NCBI GenBank assembly: GCA_045632645.1
Contig: JAZQXC010000017.1
Location: forward strand, 12,434 to 76,433
Length of the DNA: 64,000 bases
Direction of reading: 5' to 3'
Source of the DNA: Alphaproteobacteria bacterium
GTDB lineage: Bacteria; Pseudomonadota; Alphaproteobacteria; RF32; CAG-239
The position numbers were made by a program, and so were the translations under genes. This document shows positions 42,349 to 52,108 of the stretch, one piece after another. Below the pieces are notes generated by a model. That model was given only the letters and a program-made list of their open reading frames with translations, searched no databases and had not been told where the DNA came from. Each line of letters opens with the position of its first letter. Position 1 is the first letter of the stretch.

Positions 42349-42591
42349 ATTTATGGCGACAAAATGTCGCCTTTTTTTTATGTTATTTTAATATAAATTT
42401 ATACTAATAGCGACGCTAATAGCGTAAATAAAAAAAAGAAAAGTAACCAAAATAAAATATATTATAATAAATTAATATATATATATTTTGTATAAAATTT
42501 TTTGTTATTTAAATTTTTAGATTTTTCTCAAAGTATTGACATTTTGGTTTGCCTTATTTATGCTTTAAGACATAAATTTAGGGGGAATATT

Positions 42592-44091
42592 ATGAATAAA
42601 ATAACTGATTTTTTAATACATAACTTTATGGTAAAAGCTGTTGGAATTATATTTCTTACAGCAATTAGTTATGTATTTTTAATCAATAATATAAATTTAT
42701 GGCCAGATGAAATATATTCTGTTTTATTAGCTAAAGATAACTTTCAAGATATGTGGGAATTATTATCAACGGAAGATTCAAAACCACCGCTTTATTACCT
42801 TTATTTAAAATTTGTACTTTTGTTTTTCCCTAAAAACTACGAAATTTTTGGCGCTCATTTTGCATCATATATTCTTTTAATTGGCGCTCAGATTTTTACC
42901 CTTAAAGCTATTAGAAAAGATTATGGCGATAAGGTATGCTTTTGGATGCTTGTTATTTTGATGATGCACCCTATTTCGCTTTGGCTTGCTTTTGAAGTTA
43001 GAACTTATATGTTTACTAACTTGTTATTGCTTGTTTCTTTGGTGTATGGTTTAAGATTAACAAGAGAACCTAAACTTATTGACTTTATAAAATTTGGTAT
43101 CATCTCTGTTTTAAGCTTATATTCCCACTATTATGCTGGAATATGGCTTATGTTTTTATATTTGATGATTTTAGTATTGTATATACATGATAAGACTTTT
43201 TCTAAATATAAAAAGCCATTTTTTATTACATCCCTTGCAGTTTTTGTATGCTTTCTTCCTTGGGTATTTGTATTTTTTGGATATCAAGCTGAAATAAGTA
43301 AGTTTTGGTATGTCAATGAGAGTTTTGTTCGTTTTAGCGCTCGTTTTTTTACCAACCCATTGCAACCTGAAATATTGCAATCTATCTTTTTTATTGCAAC
43401 AGTTTTTGGGGCAACTTCTTATAGTTTTGTTGTTTTACTTGGATGTTTTAATACAGAAATATTATCTCATAGATTAAAAAGATTGTTTTTAGTTGCTTTT
43501 CTTAGTTTTATTTTTAGCTATTTATTACTTCTTTTACTATCATATACAATAAGACCAATGGTTACAGCTAGATACCTTAAAACTTATGCCTTAATATTTT
43601 ATATGGCTGGAGCTGTTATTATCGCTAATTTACAATGCATAAAAAAAGCAATAGCCATTGTTCTTTTAGTTGCATTTTGTTTTACATATGTTGATATTAA
43701 GGCAATATCTTTTGATGGTGAATATCAAAAAGCTGTTAATGATATAAATAAATATATCTCAACAAATGATGTTATATTAACTCTTGATAATGCTAATTTA
43801 TTTTGTGAATACTATTTGCCCTCACATAAGTGTATCTTAGCAGTAAATAATCATGGGGAAATCCTTAGAAAAAAACGTCTATTGGGAAATATAGATTTAT
43901 ATTATAAAGAAGTTAATAATCAGATGTATGTTTTATCTATTTATAATAAAATTAGTGATGACTGTTTAATATATAAATCAGCATACAGAACAGGAACTCA
44001 TATTTATTTATGTAAAATACCGAAAGGCAGAGCTGAACGCTTTATCAATGATAGCTTAGAATTAAGGTTAAATAAGTATATAAATTCTTGA
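42592..44091 (+). CDS. GT-C glycosyltransferase (ArnT/GT39-like)
   Basis: LWPDE, DSKPPLYY, EVRTY, YSHYY; start moved to 42592. Confidence 0.82.
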   Translation: MNKITDFLIHNFMVKAVGIIFLTAISYVFLINNINLWPDEIYSVLLAKDNFQDMWELLSTEDSKPPLYYLYLKFVLLFFPKNYEIFGAHFASYILLIGAQIFTLKAIRKDYGDKVCFWMLVILMMHPISLWLAFEVRTYMFTNLLLLVSLVYGLRLTREPKLIDFIKFGIISVLSLYSHYYAGIWLMFLYLMILVLYIHDKTFSKYKKPFFITSLAVFVCFLPWVFVFFGYQAEISKFWYVNESFVRFSARFFTNPLQPEILQSIFFIATVFGATSYSFVVLLGCFNTEILSHRLKRLFLVAFLSFIFSYLLLLLLSYTIRPMVTARYLKTYALIFYMAGAVIIANLQCIKKAIAIVLLVAFCFTYVDIKAISFDGEYQKAVNDINKYISTNDVILTLDNANLFCEYYLPSHKCILAVNNHGEILRKKRLLGNIDLYYKEVNNQMYVLSIYNKISDDCLIYKSAYRTGTHIYLCKIPKGRAERFINDSLELRLNKYINS

Positions 44092-44161
44092 CTTATAAAA
44101 AAAAGCACTGTAATGTTTTGTTAACCTTTTATTAACAAACTTTATAAATGGTGTTTTTGGT

Positions 44162-45001
44162 ATGGGTAAATTACAAATAGCAGGAATTGGTGAGGTTGTT
44201 TATGACATCTTGCCTGATAGCAGGAAACTTGGTGGTGCTCCTGTTGATTTTTTGTATCATGCTGGTAAATTTGGAGCTAATGTTTCTCTTATTAGTGCTA
44301 TTGGTGCTGATGATTTAGGAAGAGAAGTTATTAGTGAACTTAATAAGTATGAAATTAATCCTGTTTTAGCTATTACACCATATCCAACCGGTAGAGTTTT
44401 GATTTTTAAAGGTAATGATGGTTACATTTCTCATATTTTAGAAAACTCTGCATGGGATTATATTCCTTATACAAACGAAGCAGAAGATTATATCAAAAAA
44501 GCTGATGCAATCTATTTTGGGACTCTTGCACTTAGACGTCCCTACTCTATGGGCACAATTATTGATTTGATAGATGAAGCTAAAAATGCTAAGTATAGAT
44601 TTTTTGATATTAACCTTAGGCAAAACTATTACTCTAAAGAAATTGTTTTGGATTTATTAAAGAGAGCAAATATCTTAAAAGCAAATTCTGAGGAATTAAA
44701 AGTTTTAAAAACAATGCTTGGTTTGAAAGGAAATGCTGAAGATATTAGTCTTAAAATCAAAAAATTATATAATTTAGATTATTTAATTTTAGATGATGGA
44801 GCACGTGAAAGTAAAATATTTGGGGAAAATAATCAAATAACAGCAATTAAAAACTCTAGATTGAATAATGCATTTGCGTATGGCGCAGGCAATGCGTTTG
44901 CGGGGACGTTTCTTGGGGCAATTATGAGTGGTAAAACACAACAAGAAGCTCATGAACTAGCAAATAAGGCGGCGATTAGTATTTGCAAAAATTCAAAATA
45001 G
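44162..45001 (+). CDS. PfkB family carbohydrate kinase-like protein (fructokinase-like, degenerate active site)
   Basis: GIGEVVYD, GGAP, GADDLG, FDINLR; C-terminal motif reads GAGNAF. Confidence 0.85.
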   Translation: MGKLQIAGIGEVVYDILPDSRKLGGAPVDFLYHAGKFGANVSLISAIGADDLGREVISELNKYEINPVLAITPYPTGRVLIFKGNDGYISHILENSAWDYIPYTNEAEDYIKKADAIYFGTLALRRPYSMGTIIDLIDEAKNAKYRFFDINLRQNYYSKEIVLDLLKRANILKANSEELKVLKTMLGLKGNAEDISLKIKKLYNLDYLILDDGARESKIFGENNQITAIKNSRLNNAFAYGAGNAFAGTFLGAIMSGKTQQEAHELANKAAISICKNSK

Positions 45002-45045
45002 ATGCTTTTTAATTACATATTAGTCTAAATAATAAAAGAAAAAAA

Positions 45046-46158
45046 ATGACATTTGAATTAAAAGACATAGACGAGAAACATTTTCTTTGTATTTATGATT
45101 ATTCATCAACAGATGATGATATGCTTGATGGTGCAATTGTTGAAAAATGGAAAAATTCAAATGATAAGACTATTTATGTAATATCTCTTGTAAAAAATCC
45201 ACCTTCTTTGGTTTTGGAAGCCGCTATATATTCAAAAGTAAAATATCTTAAAAGTTTTGGTTTTAATATTGATTTTAGTAAACTAGATAGCGCGATTAGA
45301 GGAAGCTTGTTACTTGCTTTTACTAAACCTAATAATATTGCTCCTATTGAAGAAGCTAAAAAAATTAATCTATTAGAAGAAATTGGCATAAAGAGCTATA
45401 ATATATATAAAAGTATATTAAGATGGCTTTTGTTTACAAAAGAGGCTTTTGCTTCTGTTATAGAATTTATTGGTGGAACCGCTATATTTAGAAAAAAAGA
45501 TTTTTGGTTTATTTTTGCTGATTGCAGTTATAAGGCTATTGGAATTATCTCTATAGTTAGCTTTTTAGTTGGACTAATTTTAGCTTTTGTTGGTGCAATA
45601 CAATTAAAAAGCTTTGGTGCTGGAATTTATGTAGCAAGCATGGTTAGTATCGGAATGACTAGGATTATGGGAGCCATTATGGTTGGTATTGTTATGGCTG
45701 GAAGAACTGGCTCATCTTTTGCTGCAACGCTTGGCACTATGCAAGTTAATGAAGAAATTGATGCACTTAAGACAATGGGCGTTAGGATATCTCATTTTCT
45801 TGTTGCTCCTAGAATTATATCTTTGGTTAGTGTTATGGTGTTTTTAACATTGCTTTCAGATGCACTTGGGATATTTGGTGGGACGATTGTTGGAGTTGGT
45901 TTCTTAAATATATCTTCAAGTTCTTATTTTGATTTTGCTTTTAAGGCGTTAAGTTTAAATAATATTCTTATCGGAATTTTTCATAGCCTTGTTTATGGAG
46001 TAATTATTTCTATTTGTGGATGCTATGAAGGTTTAAATGCTGGAAGAGATGCTGATAGTGTTGGTAAAGCTACAACAAATGCTGTTGTTAAATCAATAGT
46101 TGGAATGATTGTTGCAACAGGCATTATAACTGTTTTATTGGAGGTAATGGGTATATGA
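45046..46158 (+). CDS. mlaE: MlaE family ABC permease with N-terminal extension
   Basis: AGRTGSSFAATLGTMQVNEEIDAL, SVGKATTNAVV. Confidence 0.9.
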   Translation: MTFELKDIDEKHFLCIYDYSSTDDDMLDGAIVEKWKNSNDKTIYVISLVKNPPSLVLEAAIYSKVKYLKSFGFNIDFSKLDSAIRGSLLLAFTKPNNIAPIEEAKKINLLEEIGIKSYNIYKSILRWLLFTKEAFASVIEFIGGTAIFRKKDFWFIFADCSYKAIGIISIVSFLVGLILAFVGAIQLKSFGAGIYVASMVSIGMTRIMGAIMVGIVMAGRTGSSFAATLGTMQVNEEIDALKTMGVRISHFLVAPRIISLVSVMVFLTLLSDALGIFGGTIVGVGFLNISSSSYFDFAFKALSLNNILIGIFHSLVYGVIISICGCYEGLNAGRDADSVGKATTNAVVKSIVGMIVATGIITVLLEVMGI

Positions 46159-46904
46159 TGAACGATATTATCTCTGTAAAAAATCTTGTTGTACAATATG
46201 ATGACTTTGTTTTGTTTGATAATCTCAACTTTAATGTTAAAGAAAAAGATATATTTTTCATTATGGGTGCTAGTGGATGCGGAAAAAGTAGCTTGTTAAA
46301 AGTTTTAACAGGGCTTGTTGTTCCAACAAAAGGTGAAGTTTTAATTGATGGAAATAATTTTTCAAATGCATCTTTTGATGAAAAAAAGGAAATAATGAAA
46401 AGTTGTGGCGTTTTATACCAAAGTGGCGCCCTATTTTCTTCAATGAGCTTAAAAGAAAATGTGATGATGCCTTTAGAGTTATATAGCTCATATTCTAAAA
46501 GAGAAATTGAAGAAATTGCTAGTTATAAACTAGCGCTTGTTGGTTTAGAAGGTTTTGATGATTTTTATCCATCTGAAATTTCTGGAGGGATGACCAAAAG
46601 AGCGGCTTTAGCTCGGAGTTTAGCTCTTAACCCTAAAATTGTTTATTGTGATGAGCCTTCTGCTGGATTGGACCCTATTAGTTCTAAGCAATTAGATGAT
46701 CTAGTTTTAGAGTTAAACAACAATTTAGGTACAACATTTATTATTGTTAGCCATGAGCTTAGCTCGATATTATCAATTGGAAATAATTCTATCTTTTTGG
46801 ATAGAAATGCTAAAAACATTACCGCTTTTGGTAAACCAAGTAACCTTCTTGAAACTCCTCCAAATAAGGAGATTCGTGACTTTTTAACTAGAGGAATAAA
46901 ATAA
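46155..46904 (+). CDS. mlaF: MlaF/Mkl family ABC ATPase
   Basis: GASGCGKS, ISGGM, DEPSAGLDP. Confidence 0.9.
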   Translation: MMNDIISVKNLVVQYDDFVLFDNLNFNVKEKDIFFIMGASGCGKSSLLKVLTGLVVPTKGEVLIDGNNFSNASFDEKKEIMKSCGVLYQSGALFSSMSLKENVMMPLELYSSYSKREIEEIASYKLALVGLEGFDDFYPSEISGGMTKRAALARSLALNPKIVYCDEPSAGLDPISSKQLDDLVLELNNNLGTTFIIVSHELSSILSIGNNSIFLDRNAKNITAFGKPSNLLETPPNKEIRDFLTRGIK

Positions 46905-47725
46905 TGATAAAACAACCAAATATGAAAATGATAGGTTTATTTGTTTGCTTGAGTGCTTTGGCTGTAGTTATCACGTTTGGATATTTTTTCAAATCTAAAT
47001 TTTCAAATCGTGAAACTATGGTTGTTATGTACTTTGATGAGTCTGTTAAAGGGCTTGATGTTGGCGCTCCTGTGTTATTTAAGGGGGTTAAAATTGGTGA
47101 AGTTACTCAAATAAAACTAGAAGCTGATTTAAATACAATGAATTTTTTAATCCCTGTTTATGCTAAAATTTATAATGGACGCTCACTCATAACAGATGAA
47201 GATAACAACAAAGAAATGCTTGAAGCTTTTGTTAAACATGGTTTAAGAGCTCAGCTTGCAATTAACTCTGTTATAACAGGTCAACTTTTGATTGAGTTAG
47301 ATATGTATCCTGATAGCCCTATTATATTAACAAAAGATGATTCTGATGAAAATGAAATTCCAACAATTAGCTCTCATTTTGCTGAAATTTCTAAAACACT
47401 TAAAGTTATGCCTGTGGCTAAGATTGCACAAGATGTATATCACATCACACAAACATTAAATAAAGATCTACCACCTCTGCTTAGCAAAATGATAAGCACT
47501 CTTGATACTGTTGATGAAATTCTTGTAGAAAATAAGAATAATACAACACAAATGGTAAAAGAAGTTGGTAATGCGGCACAAGCTTTTGACGAATTAATTG
47601 TTAATAATACTGAAGGTATCGCTCAAATGATTGATAGCTTTAATGCTGCTGCTGCATCTATGAAAAATTTAACTGATTACTTACAAATGTATCCAAATGC
47701 AATTATAACAGGAAAGGAATACTAA
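46904..47725 (+). CDS. mlaD: MCE/MlaD domain protein
   Basis: FDESVKGLDVGAPVLFKGVKIGEV, GLRAQL. Confidence 0.88.
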   Translation: MIKQPNMKMIGLFVCLSALAVVITFGYFFKSKFSNRETMVVMYFDESVKGLDVGAPVLFKGVKIGEVTQIKLEADLNTMNFLIPVYAKIYNGRSLITDEDNNKEMLEAFVKHGLRAQLAINSVITGQLLIELDMYPDSPIILTKDDSDENEIPTISSHFAEISKTLKVMPVAKIAQDVYHITQTLNKDLPPLLSKMISTLDTVDEILVENKNNTTQMVKEVGNAAQAFDELIVNNTEGIAQMIDSFNAAAASMKNLTDYLQMYPNAIITGKEY

Positions 47726-47726
47726 G

Positions 47727-48293
47727 ATGAAGAAAATTGGAGTTTTTTTAATTACATTTATGCTTTTTGGTTGCTTTAGCCCGGCTTCCAAATTTTATCA
47801 ACCTATTTATATAAAAAAGCAAAATGTATCGTATAACGAATTTAAGGGAGCAGTTTTACTTTATCCTGTGTTATTACCTGCTGAGATTTCTAAACCTCAA
47901 ATTGTTACTTTAGGTAAAAAGGATTTTGAAGTAAAAATTGATGAGTTTAATAGATGGGCGTCTCAACCTGAAAAAATGGTTCAACGAATTATAAATGAAA
48001 GTTTATCTAATCTACTTCCAAATGCTAATATTTATAATCAGACTAATTTGAAAAAAGAGTTTAAGTATGCTGTTTTTGTTGAAGTTTTGGAATTAACAGG
48101 AAGACTTAATGAAAAAGCTATGCTTAAAGCGTCTTACTTTATTAAGAATAAATCTGGAAAAATTGTTAAATCTGGCAATTTCTATGAAATTGTTGCAATA
48201 GATGGAAAGTATGATGCTTATATTCCTGCAATTAGCGGAAGTTTAAGTAATTTATCAGAAGATATAGCTAAAGCATTGAATGATTTAAAATAA
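47727..48293 (+). CDS. pqiC: PqiC-like auxiliary lipoprotein
   Basis: lipobox LFGC, PQIV, NRWA motif; last gene of the MCE operon. Confidence 0.8.
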   Translation: MKKIGVFLITFMLFGCFSPASKFYQPIYIKKQNVSYNEFKGAVLLYPVLLPAEISKPQIVTLGKKDFEVKIDEFNRWASQPEKMVQRIINESLSNLLPNANIYNQTNLKKEFKYAVFVEVLELTGRLNEKAMLKASYFIKNKSGKIVKSGNFYEIVAIDGKYDAYIPAISGSLSNLSEDIAKALNDLK

Positions 48294-48435
48294 TCTTGTT
48301 TTAATTTTATTTTGAAGTGTAAGTGATGCTAAATTACTTACACTTTTTTATATAAAAAAAACTGATTGACAAAATTAAATACCCCTATTATACTTCGCTA
48401 TCTTAAACTAATTTTTGTGTAATAATTGTATATTT

Positions 48436-49092
48436 ATGGAAAAAAGTGAAATTATGACCACTTTGTGGCCTGAAACTGGGGTTATTTTTGAGAGAACCAT
48501 TTTTGGTATTTCAAAAAATTTTGGTAGCTTTAATGAGCTTATCTTCAATATTCATAAGCCTGTTGATGCTATCTATTCTCTGCTTGAGAAGGTATGTCTT
48601 AGCAACAGATTAACCAATGCTACTGAGCGCGCATTTAAGATGGAAGACTTATCATCATTTACTCCATCTATCGCAAATGCTGTTTTCGCGATCAGAAATT
48701 GTATTGAAGATTTCAATAAGAATGATACTCATCATGCAAATTGGTTTTATCTGGATAGAGCAAAGCGTGCAGCTGTTCACTTTGTCAACAAGAAAGGTTG
48801 GTATGCTGAGTTGTATATTTTAAGCAACATTGACTTATCAATTCTTTTGGTAATTGAGGATGATAACGGCAAGGTGTTCATTCCGGTTACTTTCTCTCGC
48901 GACATTTCAGAGGAATTTACCAAGGCTTCTATTGAGGGTGGTAAGTTCTTGCAGGAATACCCTCATCGAGTATTTGATGGCATTTTAGGCCGTCATGACG
49001 TAGAGGCTGTTAGAAGAAAGAATCATGATTCTCCTACTTACCCACATTCTAATCCAAGAAAAAGACGTAAGGATAATGGGGACAACTTGTAA
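48436..49092 (+). CDS. orphan hypothetical protein
   Basis: own promoter TTGACA(48366)-17-TATACT, SD-less ATG 48436, terminator 49123-49161. Confidence 0.72.
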   Translation: MEKSEIMTTLWPETGVIFERTIFGISKNFGSFNELIFNIHKPVDAIYSLLEKVCLSNRLTNATERAFKMEDLSSFTPSIANAVFAIRNCIEDFNKNDTHHANWFYLDRAKRAAVHFVNKKGWYAELYILSNIDLSILLVIEDDNGKVFIPVTFSRDISEEFTKASIEGGKFLQEYPHRVFDGILGRHDVEAVRRKNHDSPTYPHSNPRKRRKDNGDNL

Positions 49093-49234
49093 AAGTTCCT
49101 GATGTGGCTTAAGTTAGTTAGCAAAAGAAGGTGTTACTTATAAGTAATACCTTCTTTTTTTGTGGAGAGATTTATAAACATTCTTGAAATATGTTTTATC
49201 AATTATATGGTAATTATATTAAGGAGATTTTAAG

Positions 49235-50491
49235 ATGTTTTCAATGTTTGAGAGATTTGTTGCACTTAGATATTTACGAGCAAAACGAAAAGAAGGGTTT
49301 ATTTCGGTTATTACATCATTTGCAGGGATTGGTATTGCTATTGGTGTTGCTACCCTTATTATTGTTACCTCAGTTATGAATGGATTTAAAGACCAATTAT
49401 TAAGCCGTATTTTGGGAATTAATGGTCATATTAGCATAGCTAGTATTAGAAATGTGCCATTTAATAATTATAAAGATGCTATTTTATCTCTTGAGAGCAA
49501 AGTTGATGGTGTTGATATTGCAATTCCCATGATTGAAAAACAACTACTTGCAACGGCTGGAACATCTGCTGAAGGCGTTATGGTTAGAGGTGTTAATGCT
49601 AATGATTTACAAAAAAAGCAAGTACTTCGTGATGGATTTAAGGATTTTGACTTAAACTTTTTTAAGGGTGACATTGTTGTTTTAGGGTACAAACTAGCTA
49701 ATAAGCTTGGGGTTATGGAAGGTGATGAAATTACTTTACTATCCCCTCAAGGTAAAGTTACTATGTTTGGAACCGTTCCAAGGATGAAAAGTTATAGAGT
49801 TGCTGGAACATTTAATTTTGGTATGTATGAGTATGATGCTAACTTTATATTTATGCCACTTGAGGCTGTTCAAAAGTTTTTCTCTTTAGGTGATGGGGTT
49901 AGTGCTATTGATATTACATTAAGAGATAATGCAGACATTGATCGCACAAGAGAATTGATTAGAGTTGCTATTGAAAGTTCAAATAATAGAGCCTTCATTT
50001 ATGATTATAGGCAAACTAACTCTGCCTTTTTGAATGCGGTTGATGTTGAACGAAATGTTATGTTTATTGTGCTTTCGTTGATTGTTCTTGTTGCTGCATT
50101 TAATATTATCACAGGTCTAATTATGCTTGTAAAAGATAAAGGAAGGGATGTTGCGGTTCTTCGTACAATGGGAGCTTCTAAAGGGGCTATTTTAAGAATA
50201 TTCTTCTTAGATGGGGCATTTATTGGAATTGTTGGTACATTTTTTGGAGTAATTTTGGGGTTACTCTTTTGCGATAATATTGAAAATATACGCCAGTTTT
50301 TACAAACACTTGCAGGACGTGATTTATTTGCTCAAGAAATATACTTTTTATCTAAGCTTCCTGCTAAAGTTGAAACTGATGTTGTTGTAAGTATTGGGCT
50401 TATGTCTTTGTTGTTATCATTTATAGCAACACTCTACCCTGCTTATCGTGCGGCAAAAATGGACCCTGTGGAGGCACTACGCTATGAATAA
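49235..50491 (+). CDS. lolE: lipoprotein-releasing ABC permease LolC/E
   Basis: ALRYLRAKRKEGFIS, SVMNGF, ERNVMF, LYPAYRAA..DPVEALRYE. Confidence 0.95.
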   Translation: MFSMFERFVALRYLRAKRKEGFISVITSFAGIGIAIGVATLIIVTSVMNGFKDQLLSRILGINGHISIASIRNVPFNNYKDAILSLESKVDGVDIAIPMIEKQLLATAGTSAEGVMVRGVNANDLQKKQVLRDGFKDFDLNFFKGDIVVLGYKLANKLGVMEGDEITLLSPQGKVTMFGTVPRMKSYRVAGTFNFGMYEYDANFIFMPLEAVQKFFSLGDGVSAIDITLRDNADIDRTRELIRVAIESSNNRAFIYDYRQTNSAFLNAVDVERNVMFIVLSLIVLVAAFNIITGLIMLVKDKGRDVAVLRTMGASKGAILRIFFLDGAFIGIVGTFFGVILGLLFCDNIENIRQFLQTLAGRDLFAQEIYFLSKLPAKVETDVVVSIGLMSLLLSFIATLYPAYRAAKMDPVEALRYE

Positions 50492-51209
50492 TGTAAAAAA
50501 CATACTAGAACTTAAAGGTATTATAAAAAATTATCGCCAAGGAAAGCAAAACCTAGAGGTTTTATCTGGGGTTGATTTGGAGATTGCGCCAGAGGAAATT
50601 ATCGCACTTGTTGGGCAGTCTGGTAGTGGAAAATCTACCTTGCTCCAGATTGCTGGATTACTTGACACACCTACAGCCGGTAAAATCATAATTAATGGTG
50701 AAAATGTGGGTAAAATTAGTGACGATGTTAGAACATCTTTAAGACGTGATTATATTGGTTTTGTATATCAATACCATAACCTCCTTGGTGACTTTAATGC
50801 TCTTGAAAATGTTATGATGCCTATGCTTATTGCTGGCAAAAAGAAAAGTGAAGCAAAAGATAGAGCCATTATGCTATTGGAAAAAATGCACCTATCACAT
50901 AGATTAAACCATAGACCAGCTGAACTTTCTGGTGGTGAGCAACAAAGGGTTGCTATTGCAAGAGCTTTATCTAACTCTCCTAAGCTTTTGCTTGCTGATG
51001 AGCCTACCGGAAATTTAGACCCCAATACTGCTGAAGATGTATTTACTATTTTGCTTAATGTTATAAAAGAAACTGGATTATCTGCGCTTATTGCTACTCA
51101 TAATATGGAGCTTGCATCTAGAATGAATAAGCAATTTAAGCTTAGAAATGGGACATTACAAAATATTAATGAGCCTTTGCTTTCTAAAATAACAAAAAAC
51201 TTCTATTAA
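50484..51209 (+). CDS. lolD: lipoprotein-releasing ABC ATPase
   Basis: GQSGSGKS, GFVYQYHNLL (LolD motif), LSGGEQQR, DEPTGNLD. Confidence 0.95.
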   Translation: MNNVKNILELKGIIKNYRQGKQNLEVLSGVDLEIAPEEIIALVGQSGSGKSTLLQIAGLLDTPTAGKIIINGENVGKISDDVRTSLRRDYIGFVYQYHNLLGDFNALENVMMPMLIAGKKKSEAKDRAIMLLEKMHLSHRLNHRPAELSGGEQQRVAIARALSNSPKLLLADEPTGNLDPNTAEDVFTILLNVIKETGLSALIATHNMELASRMNKQFKLRNGTLQNINEPLLSKITKNFY

Positions 51210-51371
51210 TATAAAGAAAATGCTTGCAAAATAAAAAAATTGAAGTATGTTATCTCTACTTCCGAGAAAGAGGGTAGCAAATACCCCGTTTGCGTGTGCT
51301 TAAAAAAGCTTGAAAGACAAAACTATCGGGACAAAAATAAAATAAACTAAATTTAATAAGGATCTTTATAA

Positions 51372-51986
51372 ATGAAAAGTATTGTTAATGCTAAGAAAAA
51401 GAATAGCCGTCGTTATGGTCACAACCTTTGGGGTGATCCAAACAGCCCTATTTTGAAAAGAAATTATGCACCTGGTCAACATGGTCAAAGAAGAAAAAAG
51501 ACTACAGACTATGGTGAACAATTATATGCTAAACAAAGATTAAAAGTTTACTATGGTAACATTTCTGAGAAACAATTCCACAAGTATTATGAAGAAGCTA
51601 TCCGTAGACGTGGTGATGCTGCTGAAAACTTGATTGGTTTGTTAGAATCTCGTTTGGATAATATTGTTTACAAATCTAAATTTGCAGCAACTGTATTTGC
51701 TGCTCGTCAATTTGTAAACCATGGTCACGTTACTGTTAATGGTAAAAAAGTTAACATTCCTTCTTACATTGTTAAGGCTGGTGATGTTATTGAAGTTCGT
51801 GAAAAATCTAAGAACTTGGGCGTTGTATTAGCAGCTGTTCAATCACAAACTCGTGACTTCCCTTCTTATTTGGAAGTTGATGCTGGTAAATTAACATCTA
51901 AGTTTACATTTGTTCCTAAGTTTGAAGATGTTCCATATCCATGTATGATGGAACCAAACTTGGTTATCGAGTTCTACTCAAGATAA
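51372..51986 (+). CDS. rpsD: 30S ribosomal protein S4 (uS4)
   Basis: [28 protein letters not shown]. Confidence 0.99.
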   Translation: MKSIVNAKKKNSRRYGHNLWGDPNSPILKRNYAPGQHGQRRKKTTDYGEQLYAKQRLKVYYGNISEKQFHKYYEEAIRRRGDAAENLIGLLESRLDNIVYKSKFAATVFAARQFVNHGHVTVNGKKVNIPSYIVKAGDVIEVREKSKNLGVVLAAVQSQTRDFPSYLEVDAGKLTSKFTFVPKFEDVPYPCMMEPNLVIEFYSR

Positions 51987-52008
51987 TAGATTTTTACAAT
52001 CGTTTAAG

Positions 52009-52035
52009 AAAGCAGAGATTTATCTCTGCTTTTTT
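52009..52035 (+). terminator. terminator after rpsD
   Basis: AAAGCAGAGAT-TT-ATCTCTGCTTTTTT. Confidence 0.85.
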
Positions 52036-52108
52036 ATTTGACAAATAATAATTTAAATGTTACTTTTTTGTCACTATTTAAATTATTATAAACTAAAAAA
52101 TTATAAGT

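Noticed and set aside
42385-42475. Hydrophobic minus-strand mini-ORF (IIIYFILVTFLFFIYAISVAISINLY)
   Set aside because: In-frame stop immediately upstream, no start or RBS; expected from very AT-rich sequence.
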